A stretch of DNA of 38,138 bases from Puniceicoccales bacterium (GTDB lineage Bacteria; Verrucomicrobiota; Verrucomicrobiia; Opitutales; JAIRKQ01). The position numbers were made by a program, and so were the translations under genes. Positions 1-8,453 of this stretch are shown one piece after another (the stretch's first letter is position 1; each line of letters begins with the position of its first letter). The stretch covers positions 1-38,138 of the forward strand of contig JAITOW010000007.1 of NCBI GenBank assembly GCA_031289835.1, in the 5' to 3' direction. The notes under the pieces are model-generated. The model was not told the DNA's origin and did no database searches. It saw only the letters and a list, made by a program, of their open reading frames with translations.

Positions 1-88
1 ATCGTTTTCCTCGGAACGATGCCTACAATTCCGGTGCACGAGTGTGCAGGCGGTTGAGCGGAGGAGACAGTTTTCAGTAACATCGCAC

Positions 89-304
89 TCATTTTGAGGG
101 CCGGAATTTTCCCCTGGCAAGTACACATAATTCATGAAATTTTTCATTGATTGTTTCGGACGTGCAATCGGAATGGGAAATGGAGTCAATTTTCGGGGCG
201 AATGATCGATGGCGTGTGCCTTCGCGAGTATCACGTCTAACGGCAACTTTCAAGAGCTCCTTGCCCAAATATTGCACAAAAAACTCTCCCATTGCCTTTG
301 CCAA
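89..304 (-). CDS. hypothetical small protein (TTG start at 304, or ATG at 292 giving MGEFFVQYLGKELL...)
   Basis: Open frame from the ORF track with no motif I recognise. Its TGA stop (89-91) lies 5 nt before another minus-strand ATG (81-83) whose frame stays open to the window edge, which hints at a coupled pair. There is no other support. Confidence 0.2.
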   Translation of the reverse strand: MAKAMGEFFVQYLGKELLKVAVRRDTREGTRHRSFAPKIDSISHSDCTSETINEKFHELCVLARGKFRPSK

Positions 305-500
305 ATGCGAAAAAAAGCCGGCACAACTAGATATTGACCAAATCGCCCCCGTATGCCCTCTGTACCAAATAACTCTCCTGCCACATTATTATAATGGCTG
401 ATTCCTTCACAATGGCAACCATTTGGTGTGCGCAACGGGGGGAGAACTCCGAAATTTTCACCGGACTCCCGAGGTAAAACTTTGATGAATTGTGTGATCC

Positions 501-590
501 GGAGAGATGGCAGAGTGGCTTAACGCGCCGGTCTTGAAAACTGAAGTGCCGGCAACGGTACCGTGGGTTCGAATCCCTCTCTTTGCGCCA
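501..590 (+). tRNA. tRNA-Ser (anticodon UGA), type II with long variable arm, CCA encoded
   Basis: Hand-folded cloverleaf. Acceptor is GGAGAGA/TCTTTGC, the anticodon loop is CTTGAAA, and the variable arm is a 6-bp stem GTGCCG/CGGTAC capped by a GCAA loop. The T-loop is TTCGAAT, followed by discriminator G and CCA. Four non-canonical pairs (2:71 G.G, 12:23 A.C, 27:43 C.A, 50:64 U.U) lower confidence slightly. Confidence 0.8.
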
Positions 591-662
591 CATGCCCATG
601 ATTGCGCCATTGACAGGCGATATTCTCCTTGACAAAATTAGTATTTCTGCCATCGAAACCCT

Positions 663-2018
663 ATGAATATGCAGCACATAGAGTTATTGATGGGCACCGT
701 TTCCAGAATCGTCTGGGGCTGGCCATTGATTACATTTCTATTGGCGGTGGGATTTTACTTTTCATACAAGCTGAAAGTGCTGAAGTTCTCGCGGCTGAAG
801 CTGTCCGTAAAGTACATCCTTGAAAGGGAAAACGGCCAGGGAGACATTTCCATTTTTGCGGCCCTATGTACCGCCCTATCGGCAACATTGGGCACGGGTA
901 GCATAGTTGGCATGGCGGTGGCCATTACCGTGGGTGGCCCCGGGGCACTTTTTTGGCTATGGGTATCTTCCATTTTTAGTTTTGCCACAAAATATGCCGA
1001 AGGGGTTTTAGCCATAAAATACAGGCAAATCGGCACAGACGGCAGCGTTTCCGGTGGACCGATGTATTACATTAGAAACGGCCTGAAAAACACTGCGCTG
1101 GCAAATGCATTTGCACTTTTCGGCATGATCACAACTTTGATTGGCACGGGAACGTTGGTACAAAGCAATTCAATTGTGGTGGCTTTCAGCTCATTTGGCA
1201 TTCACCATTCCGTTTCCACAATTGTCCTCACGGTAATCGTGGCTGCAGTAACCATCGGCGGATTGCAGCGAATTGCGGCGGTTTCGGAGAAAATTGTTCC
1301 CCTGATGACCATATTTTATATCGGCGCTGCAATCATTGTGCTGCTGATCAACTGTTCCAAAATACCCCATTTATTCCGCTTGATATTACATAGTGCCTTT
1401 GCGCCAAAGTCAATCCTAGGAGCGGGAGCGGGAATAACGACCATGATCGCGGCCAGCGTGGGCGTGAGCCGTGGAATTTACTCCCATGAAGCAGGGTTAG
1501 GCAGTGCGGCGATTGCAGCGGCGGCAGCAAAAACCAATTCTCCCGTGAAGCAGGGGTTTGTGTCCATGGCGGGGGCACTGCTCAGCGTGATCATTTGCAC
1601 CATGACCGCCCTGGTAATACTGGTCACGTGCGGCGATACCCTACTCACCGGTACGCAAACACTGGAGGGCGTAAGGCTAACATCCCATGCTTTTGGACAA
1701 GGATTGGGCATAGCTTGGATCGGAAAATATGTGGTAAACCTCAGTTTAATATTGTTTGCGTTTACAACCATTATTGGGTGGAACTACTATGGAGAAAAAT
1801 GCACACAATATATCTTCGGCGATAAATCCGTGTTTCCCTACAAAATCATCTTTATACTGTTCGTTGCCATTGGACCGTTTTTCAAGATCAACGCCGTGTT
1901 TGCCCTGGCAGACATCGTAATGGGCTTCATGGCCATACCAAATTTGATAGGTCTAATAGGCCTAAGAAAGGCAGTTATTGGCGAAACGGAAGCATTTTTC
2001 TCTTGCTCAAACAAATGA
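663..2018 (+). CDS. alanine/glycine:cation (sodium:alanine) symporter, AGCS family
   Basis: 451-aa polytopic membrane protein with AGCS-type motifs: GGPGALFWLWVSSIFSFATKYAEG, SGGPMYYI and YSHEAGLGSAAIAAAAAKT. Confidence 0.9.
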   Translation: MNMQHIELLMGTVSRIVWGWPLITFLLAVGFYFSYKLKVLKFSRLKLSVKYILERENGQGDISIFAALCTALSATLGTGSIVGMAVAITVGGPGALFWLWVSSIFSFATKYAEGVLAIKYRQIGTDGSVSGGPMYYIRNGLKNTALANAFALFGMITTLIGTGTLVQSNSIVVAFSSFGIHHSVSTIVLTVIVAAVTIGGLQRIAAVSEKIVPLMTIFYIGAAIIVLLINCSKIPHLFRLILHSAFAPKSILGAGAGITTMIAASVGVSRGIYSHEAGLGSAAIAAAAAKTNSPVKQGFVSMAGALLSVIICTMTALVILVTCGDTLLTGTQTLEGVRLTSHAFGQGLGIAWIGKYVVNLSLILFAFTTIIGWNYYGEKCTQYIFGDKSVFPYKIIFILFVAIGPFFKINAVFALADIVMGFMAIPNLIGLIGLRKAVIGETEAFFSCSNK

Positions 2019-2288
2019 CATGGCTTTGGCAAAATATCAACTGAATTCACCCTACGGATCAGGGGAAGAGGTCTAGTTCCCTGACAAATAGCAGCGGCAT
2101 TGGAAGCAAAGGGGAAGTATAAAAGTAAAAAAACAGAAAAATTTTCCACTTAAATGATTCGCCAATCTTAAATTCGGCAGAAAATTAACGGACAAAATTA
2201 CTTGCCAAGGGGCATGATTACAAAAATTTTTCGTGAAAAGACTTGCATTTCGATTGCTTATACTTTTGTGTATGGGGGATTTCCTTGT

Positions 2289-2365
2289 GGGGAATTAGCT
2301 CAGTTGGTTAGAGCATCAGCATGACACGCTGGGGGTCACTGGTTCGAGTCCAGTATTTCCCACCA
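2289..2365 (+). tRNA. tRNA-Val (anticodon GAC), CCA encoded
   Basis: Cloverleaf by hand. Acceptor GGGGAAT/ATTTCCC, D-arm GCTC-AGTTGGTTA-GAGC, anticodon stem TCAGC/GCTGG with loop ATGACAC, T-arm ACTGG-TTCGAGT-CCAGT, then A-CCA. Confidence 0.93.
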
Positions 2366-2387
2366 TGCAAATCGAAGGAGGTGATTT

Positions 2388-2588
2388 ATGTCGATAGTTA
2401 TTCCAGTGCGTAGGGGCGAAACGGTCGATAAGGCGCTCAGGCGTCTTAAAAAAAGACTCGACCGTGAGGGAACTTTGCGCGATGTACGCGATAAGCGGTA
2501 TTTTGAAAAACCATGTTTGAAGCGCCGTAGAAAGGAAAAGATGGCCAAGTTTGCAAATTTTTTGCGTCTGCGCAATGAAAGCATGTGA
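2388..2588 (+). CDS. rpsU: 30S ribosomal protein S21
   Basis: 66-aa basic protein matching the S21 pattern (VDKALRRLKKRLDREGTLRDVRDKRYFEKP). A GGAGG Shine-Dalgarno sits 7 nt upstream of the ATG. Confidence 0.93.
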   Translation: MSIVIPVRRGETVDKALRRLKKRLDREGTLRDVRDKRYFEKPCLKRRRKEKMAKFANFLRLRNESM

Positions 2589-2653
2589 TCTTTATTTACC
2601 GATCGTGATAGTCAGATCGATCCAGCGATTTAAATTTATCCAAAAATTATAAA

Positions 2654-2833
2654 ATGGGACAACCAAAACGTAAACAGTCTAAGCAGAGAAGTCGAAAGCG
2701 CCGTGGAGCAAACAGGTTTGAGGCTTTTCAGCTCTCAAAAGATCCAGCTTCGGGGTCTCTGTTCATGCCACATCATGTAAACCCTGAAACGGGGATGTAT
2801 CGCGGCAGGCAAGTAATTGAAATTGAGAAATAG
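2654..2833 (+). CDS. rpmF: 50S ribosomal protein L32
   Basis: 59-aa ORF below the ORF-track cutoff, translated by hand: MGQPKRKQSKQRSRKRRGANRFEAFQLSKDPASGSLFMPHHVNPETGMYRGRQVIEIEK. It has the L32 N-terminal signature (PKRK.SK.R...RR) and sits in the conserved rpmF-plsX-fabH position. Confidence 0.88.
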   Translation: MGQPKRKQSKQRSRKRRGANRFEAFQLSKDPASGSLFMPHHVNPETGMYRGRQVIEIEK

Positions 2834-2856
2834 TTTCAGTTCAAACATTCGCCGAA

Positions 2857-3909
2857 ATGGACGGACATTCTGACGACACCACGGTAGCGGTGGATGTTAT
2901 GGGTGCGGACAATGGGGTTAGCGTGTTTGTCCGTGGTGTTGTATACGCAGCTAAAAATTTTCCAAGTGAGCTTGGAAATATAGTTTTGGTTGGCCACGGG
3001 GATGAAATAGGTCGCGCAGTTTCCGAAAATAAACTGGAAAAATTTTTTAAAAAGATAAACATTGTCCACGCTTCCCAGGAGGTGGAAATGACGGATAAAC
3101 CAATATCGGCCTTGCGCAGCAAGAAGGATTCTTCGATGTTTCGTGCCATTGAGCTTGTTAAGGATGGTTACGCCGACGGAATGCTAAGCTGCGGGAACAC
3201 CGGTTGTTTGATGGCCGGTGGTGCGCTCAAATTGCGCACGATGCCAGGTATAGATCGCCCGGCGCTGTGCACCATGATCCCGGCTCCGGATTATGCATTT
3301 GCACTGATAGATGTGGGAGCAAATCCATCTTCGACCGCCAAAAATCTCGTCCACAATGCCGTACTAGGTTCGCATTATTTTAAAACTGTCACAAACGTTG
3401 AAAACCCGCGAATCGGCCTATTGACCATAGGAACCGAGGAAGGCAAGGGAAGCGATTTGGTATGCGAAGCTCACAGATTGCTAAAACTCGCCTCCAAGGA
3501 AATAAATTATAGTGGCCTCATTGAAGGATTCCAACTATTTGACGGCACAGTCGATGTCGTGGTTTGCGATGGGTTCGTAGGAAACATATTGTTAAAGAGT
3601 GTGGAAGCCATGGCTAAAACGATCAAGGCGTACATTCGGAGAGAGATCAGAAAAAATCCGCTACGGATGCTCGGCGCCGTGCTCGCCAGTGGCGCGTTCC
3701 TTGACATCAAAAAGCAGTTGAACCCTGACAAATTTAATGGAGCGCCATTTTTGGGATTAAACGGGACCATAATAAAATCGCACGGATCAAGCTCGGTGGA
3801 AGGGATTTCCAGCGCGCTGAGGTTGGCATGTAAAACGGCACGGGCATCGAAATTTGGGGCCCTAAGCGAAGTCATAAAACGCGTAAACTTAGCAATAAAC
3901 CAGGTATGA
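2857..3909 (+). CDS. plsX: phosphate acyltransferase PlsX
   Basis: Motifs AVDVMGADNG, SCGNTGCLMAGG and GAPFLGLNGTIIKSHGSS. Conserved synteny with rpmF and fabH. Confidence 0.95.
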   Translation: MDGHSDDTTVAVDVMGADNGVSVFVRGVVYAAKNFPSELGNIVLVGHGDEIGRAVSENKLEKFFKKINIVHASQEVEMTDKPISALRSKKDSSMFRAIELVKDGYADGMLSCGNTGCLMAGGALKLRTMPGIDRPALCTMIPAPDYAFALIDVGANPSSTAKNLVHNAVLGSHYFKTVTNVENPRIGLLTIGTEEGKGSDLVCEAHRLLKLASKEINYSGLIEGFQLFDGTVDVVVCDGFVGNILLKSVEAMAKTIKAYIRREIRKNPLRMLGAVLASGAFLDIKKQLNPDKFNGAPFLGLNGTIIKSHGSSSVEGISSALRLACKTARASKFGALSEVIKRVNLAINQV

Positions 3910-4901
3910 AGCAAGATACAGAATGCATTATTATAAGGGGCATTGGTTCGTATGTTCCGGAGCGGGTGTTGACAAACGATGACCTGAGCAAGATTGTCGA
4001 CACATCCGACGAATGGATCCGCACGCGCACGGGAATAGGGGAGAGACGCATAGCGGCGGATGACGAAGCAACCTCGGATCTATGCGTACAAGCAGCTCAA
4101 CGGGCCATCGAAGATGCAAAACTTAGCCAAGATGACATCGATCTTATCATCCTCGGAACACTCTCACCGGACATGCTCACTCCAGCAACGGCTATGTTTG
4201 TCCAGCATAAGCTCGGCATAAAGAACATTCCCTGCTTCGATTTCAGCGCGGCGTGCACCGGTTTTCAGTACGGACTCGAAATCGCGAGAACAATGCTGTT
4301 AAATTCAAAGTACAAAAATATTTTGCTGATATGTGGGGACAAATTGTCTGCAATGACCGACTGGGAGGATAGGGCCACATGCATTCTGTTTGCCGATGGC
4401 GCAGGGGCCGTCGTTTTGTCGCGGGAACCGGGAGATCAACCCGGCATAGTCGACGTTTTGATCGGCTCAAACGGAAAATATACTGACATTTTAAACGTTC
4501 CTGCCGGAGGTTCACGGGAACCTACCAGTGAACAAACCGTCCACGAACGGAAGCACTATTTGAAAATGGATGGGCGCGAAGTTTTCCGGCTCGCCGTGCA
4601 AAAAATGGGAGAATCCGCGGGGGAAATGTTGCGGCGCAACAACCTCAAAATCAGCGACATAAGTCATGTTGTAACGCATCAGGCTAACATCCGAATAATG
4701 GACGCGATAGCCGATCGACTGCACATTCCCCAAGAAAAAATGCGCATCATTTTGGACAAGTTTGGAAACACATCGGCTTCTTCGATCATACTGGCCATCG
4801 ACCACTACAAAAAGTGCGGAATAATTTTACGGGGAGAATTAATTTTAACCGTTGGTTTCGGTGCTGGGTTGACATGGGGATCAGCGATCATAAGGTTGTA
4901 G
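3906..4901 (+). CDS. fabH: 3-oxoacyl-ACP synthase III (KAS III)
   Basis: Cys-His-Asn catalytic context (FSAACTGFQYG, VTHQANIRIM, FGNTSASSI). The start overlaps the plsX stop by 4 nt. Confidence 0.95.
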   Translation: MKQDTECIIIRGIGSYVPERVLTNDDLSKIVDTSDEWIRTRTGIGERRIAADDEATSDLCVQAAQRAIEDAKLSQDDIDLIILGTLSPDMLTPATAMFVQHKLGIKNIPCFDFSAACTGFQYGLEIARTMLLNSKYKNILLICGDKLSAMTDWEDRATCILFADGAGAVVLSREPGDQPGIVDVLIGSNGKYTDILNVPAGGSREPTSEQTVHERKHYLKMDGREVFRLAVQKMGESAGEMLRRNNLKISDISHVVTHQANIRIMDAIADRLHIPQEKMRIILDKFGNTSASSIILAIDHYKKCGIILRGELILTVGFGAGLTWGSAIIRL

Positions 4902-4916
4902 CAAATCAAGGATATT

Positions 4917-6005
4917 ATGCGAAAATTTGCAAGTATATTTGCGTTAGTTTTTGTGACCTGTGCCCTGCGCGCTGAGTTACTATGGAACAGGCAGGACGGC
5001 TGGCACAGCGAATCAAATGACACCGTGAAGATCGAACCCAGTGATCTTGCCGCCTGCGAAATGATGAACAAAGCCCGATTGGAGCAGGAGGATGGTAGAA
5101 GCCAAACTGCGCTCAAAATTTACAACGATGTTTGCAAGCAACATGGCGGTTCCGTCTTTGCACCGGAAGCATATTACCAAATCGGAAAGATTCGCATGCA
5201 AAAGCGCCAATATAAACACGCATTCAAGGCCTTTGACACGATCATAACTAAATATCCCCGGTACTTCGGATTCAACAAAGTCGTTAGGGAGCAGTTTGAG
5301 TTGGCTACCCTGTTAAAAGGTGGTTCACGGCCCTATTATTTCGGCGTTATACCCGGATTCAAGGATTACGTATCGGCGGTGGAATTCTACGAAAGTATCA
5401 TCGAGCATGCGCCATATAACGAGTTAGCACCACTTGCCCTAGTAAATCTTGCCGAGCTCGCGCTAAAAGAAAAAAAGCCGGCCGAAGCCATTGATGCTTT
5501 GGATCGGCTGATCGACGGCTATCCGGACTCGGAGTACACTCCCAATGCCTATTTAAAGATCGCAGGCATCTATGCCGATCTTGTAAAAAGCGTGAAAAAT
5601 GACCAGGGAGCCACCTTGGAAGCCATGCATTACTATGAGGATTTTCTGATTCTATACCCGACCCATGAGCGCGTGGAGGAGGCTAAACACAAGTTAGATG
5701 AGATGAAAACTCAATTTGCCATGAGCAAGATTGACATGGGAGATTTTTACTTCCAATCGCGCAACAATCCAAAGGCCGCGATTATAATGTACAAGGAAGC
5801 GGTCAACAGCTACCCAGACTCTGAACCGGCTGCGTTGGCCAGCGAAAAAATTAGTTACATCAAAGCGGGTAATTTACCCAAGAAAACCCCCGTTGATTTC
5901 ATGTTTGGCAGATACAAGCGTCCCGCCGAAGAGCTATTTACGGAAAATATCACCTCCCAGGATAGCTTCACCGAAAGCTCAGAGGACGCTGCGCTGAAAG
6001 AATAA
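4917..6005 (+). CDS. TPR-repeat outer-membrane lipoprotein, BamD/YfiO-like
   Basis: N-terminal signal sequence with a Cys (ALVFVTC). Repeated TPR-like units end in ...YP... (FDTIITKYPRY, LIDGYPDSEYTPNAY, FLILYPTHERVEEA), as in BamD and YbgF-type proteins. At 362 aa it is longer than typical BamD. Confidence 0.6.
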   Translation: MRKFASIFALVFVTCALRAELLWNRQDGWHSESNDTVKIEPSDLAACEMMNKARLEQEDGRSQTALKIYNDVCKQHGGSVFAPEAYYQIGKIRMQKRQYKHAFKAFDTIITKYPRYFGFNKVVREQFELATLLKGGSRPYYFGVIPGFKDYVSAVEFYESIIEHAPYNELAPLALVNLAELALKEKKPAEAIDALDRLIDGYPDSEYTPNAYLKIAGIYADLVKSVKNDQGATLEAMHYYEDFLILYPTHERVEEAKHKLDEMKTQFAMSKIDMGDFYFQSRNNPKAAIIMYKEAVNSYPDSEPAALASEKISYIKAGNLPKKTPVDFMFGRYKRPAEELFTENITSQDSFTESSEDAALKE

Positions 6006-6010
6006 AGGAT

Positions 6011-6523
6011 ATGTGTAAAGCCTACGGGAAGCTAATTTCGGGCGTTTTTTCCTGCCTATTGCTGTGTGCTTGTGCACATTATCGCCCCGGAAATGGGTCC
6101 GAACTGCCCTTCAGGACCATATGCGTCGCTCCCGTGGGCAACAATTCCTTCGCTCCGCAGATGCAAACAATATTGAGTGCTCAAGTTCGGCAAAAATTGT
6201 CGCAACACCCGCACATTAAATTGGCAAATAATTCTAGCTCCGATGCGACACTAACGATCACGATAGTCCACTTTGGCCAATCCGTGGCAACGATAATGCC
6301 CAATGACAGTATTCGCGCAAAATCGTTCACCGTAAATGCGAAGGCAAATTGCTCACTATTCGACAATAAAAGAGGAGTGTATTTGTTTGAGAACTATATC
6401 GTTGAGGCAAACATAGATAGCCGCGCGGAGGGTGATTACCAGCACAACAAATCGCAGACGATTCCACAATTGTCCTTCAAACTTGCCGAAAAAATAATCG
6501 ATGCCGTCTGCAATCCATGGTAA
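6011..6523 (+). CDS. small lipoprotein, possibly LptE-like
   Basis: Signal peptide plus lipobox-like LLCAC. The size (170 aa) and a beta-rich pattern (RTICVAPVGNNSFAPQ...LTITIVHF...) recall LptE-family LPS-assembly lipoproteins. The assignment is tentative. Confidence 0.35.
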   Translation: MCKAYGKLISGVFSCLLLCACAHYRPGNGSELPFRTICVAPVGNNSFAPQMQTILSAQVRQKLSQHPHIKLANNSSSDATLTITIVHFGQSVATIMPNDSIRAKSFTVNAKANCSLFDNKRGVYLFENYIVEANIDSRAEGDYQHNKSQTIPQLSFKLAEKIIDAVCNPW

Positions 6524-7152
6524 ACGTGGTTCTGGCGCCATCTATTTTGTCCTATGACAGCTGTGATTTGGTCGGTGGTGTAAAAATCATCGAAAGCAGT
6601 GGAGCGCGGTGGATACACGTCGATGTCATGGATGGACACTTCGTGGATAACATAAGTTTTGGGCCGAAATTGGTTTCGGATCTGCGCAAGCATACAAATT
6701 TATTTCTCGATGTTCACCTGATGCTCGAATACCCAAACAAATACGCAAAACGTTTTATACAAGCGGGTGCCGACGCAATAACAATTCATCAGGAGGCAAA
6801 TTGCGACGTCAGAGGTCAGCTGCGAATTATCAAGGAACACGGCTGCCTATGTGGCTTGGCCGTTAATCCGGAAACAGTGCCCAATTTTGAGTTAGTCCGA
6901 CTTGCGGATATTGTTTTAGCCATGGGAGTTTTTCCCGGTTTTGGGGGACAAAAGTTTATGCCTGAGGTGTGCAGCAAAATTTCTCTGCTACACAACTTTC
7001 GAAGTAGCAACAAATTATCGTATAAAATCTCCGTTGACGGAGGCATAAATGCGGACATTGCGAAAGATCTAGCATCGATCGGCATGGATATTATTGTATC
7101 CGGCTCAGCTTTTTTTTCAGATCCCCGCACATTCCAATTTTGCCTTAGCTAG
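6517..7152 (+). CDS. rpe: ribulose-phosphate 3-epimerase
   Basis: Motifs IHVDVMDGHFVDNISFGP, DVHLM and VDGGIN. Confidence 0.94.
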   Translation: MVNVVLAPSILSYDSCDLVGGVKIIESSGARWIHVDVMDGHFVDNISFGPKLVSDLRKHTNLFLDVHLMLEYPNKYAKRFIQAGADAITIHQEANCDVRGQLRIIKEHGCLCGLAVNPETVPNFELVRLADIVLAMGVFPGFGGQKFMPEVCSKISLLHNFRSSNKLSYKISVDGGINADIAKDLASIGMDIIVSGSAFFSDPRTFQFCLS

Positions 7153-7727
7153 CGAAATATTTCGCCTCCCAGCAATCTATTTGCAGCGATAAAGTCGCGC
7201 CCCTCGATCAGGGCCCGGATCCTTGAACTGCTGACTCGCTCTCCGCTCGCGCAAAATTCATCGGCAACGCGGAGGGCAATGTTACCATCACCGCAAAATT
7301 TTTGCAAAGATAACACGTCTCCCGCCCGATTATGGCCAAATTTGAAGTCAGAACCGACGCAAATTCCAGATAAAAACTGGAACTTCTTCCTTAAAAAATC
7401 AATAAATTTTTTATGTGAAATTGCGGCAAACTTCTCGTCGAAACATTGCTCAATGGCGTAGTGAACGCCGAGGCCGGCTAAAATTTCAAACTTTCGCTCG
7501 CTCGGCATGATTGCTTCTTTCCAATTTTTTGCGTAAAAATGCGTTGGATATGGCCAAAACGTGTACACGGCGACCACAGCTTCCACTTCATCGGCAAACT
7601 TTGCCGCCCGTTTCAACAAAAATCGATGGCCAACATGAACCCCATCGAATACACCGATGGCCAGAACGACTCTTTCCTCGGCCAATTCGGCAACCTTTTC
7701 ATCAAACGACGTCCGAATGATTTTCAT
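7149..7727 (-). CDS. ribF: FMN adenylyltransferase (FAD synthetase) domain only; RibF lacking the riboflavin kinase domain
   Basis: Nucleotidyltransferase motif AIGVFDGVHVGHRFLL and SSSRIRALIEGRDFIAANRLLG. The protein ends at LLGGEIFR, where the kinase domain of full-length RibF normally begins. It is in the conserved position downstream of truB. Confidence 0.85.
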   Translation of the reverse strand: MKIIRTSFDEKVAELAEERVVLAIGVFDGVHVGHRFLLKRAAKFADEVEAVVAVYTFWPYPTHFYAKNWKEAIMPSERKFEILAGLGVHYAIEQCFDEKFAAISHKKFIDFLRKKFQFLSGICVGSDFKFGHNRAGDVLSLQKFCGDGNIALRVADEFCASGERVSSSRIRALIEGRDFIAANRLLGGEIFR

Positions 7728-8453
7728 CTAGGGTGATTTGTTTGCCAGGTATGATATTATTAAATGTTCACCGATTTCATCGGGAGACATCGCACAAATT
7801 TTGCTCAGAGAATGGGCATCCGTTACCAAAAATTCCCCGATTTTTGTGCGCCGCAGTGCCGTTAGGTGCGCCCCACATCCGAGCATTTGGCCGAGGTCAT
7901 GGGCAATAGTACGAACATACGTCCCCTTGCTGCAGCGAATGCAAAAATCCACCCTATCGGCACACAAATTCCCAATTTCAAATTTGAAAATCGTAACCAA
8001 ATTTGATTGCCTTTCGACCACTTTCCCCTGCCGCGCAAGCTTGTACAATGGCTTGCCATTCAATTTCTTAGCGGAAAACATCGGTGGAACCTGTTCGATA
8101 TCGCCTTTGAAGGTTACAGCGGCTTCCCGCAAGCGTTCCAGCGTTATGTCCTGGATGTGGCGTTGGGCAACAATGTTCCCTTCGGCGTCATGCGAATCCG
8201 TCTCTATGCCAAGTTGCATTGTGCCTTCATAATTCTTATCGAGGTCGATTAAAAACTGTGAAATTTTAGTGGCACGACCAATCAATACGATTAACAAGCC
8301 CGTTGCCAGCGGATCCAAAGTTCCAGCGTGCCCCACCCGTTTCACGCCAGTTACCCGGCGAATCTCGTGTACGACATCGTGTGACGTCAGGCCAACTGGC
8401 TTATCAATCAGCAAAACTCCGCTTATGTCATTGTCAAATTGAAGCATGGTCAT
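7728..8453 (-). CDS. truB: tRNA pseudouridine(55) synthase
   Basis: Motifs LLIDKPVGLTSHDVV and GHAGTLDPLATGLL. Conserved rbfA-truB neighbourhood. Confidence 0.95.
   Translation of the reverse strand: MTMLQFDNDISGVLLIDKPVGLTSHDVVHEIRRVTGVKRVGHAGTLDPLATGLLIVLIGRATKISQFLIDLDKNYEGTMQLGIETDSHDAEGNIVAQRHIQDITLERLREAAVTFKGDIEQVPPMFSAKKLNGKPLYKLARQGKVVERQSNLVTIFKFEIGNLCADRVDFCIRCSKGTYVRTIAHDLGQMLGCGAHLTALRRTKIGEFLVTDAHSLSKICAMSPDEIGEHLIISYLANKSP

Noticed and set aside
591-662. Possible glycine riboswitch upstream of the alanine/glycine:cation symporter, a common riboswitch-controlled gene class.
   Set aside because: Only 72 nt separate tRNA-Ser from the start codon, which is too short for even a single glycine aptamer, and the conserved aptamer core sequences are not visible. 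The region shows only two TTGACA hexamers 19 nt apart, with no convincing -10 at proper spacing.
327-677. A 116-aa minus-strand ORF spanning the tRNA-Ser gene.
   Set aside because: It overlaps the whole tRNA and the start of the symporter gene, and its translation has no recognisable features. It is a spurious frame.
2059-2084. Hairpin TCAGGG(G)AA-gaggtctag-TTCCCTGA downstream of the symporter gene as a terminator.
   Set aside because: No U-tract follows the stem (the next bases are CAAATAGC) and the stem has a bulge, so I cannot support an intrinsic terminator call.
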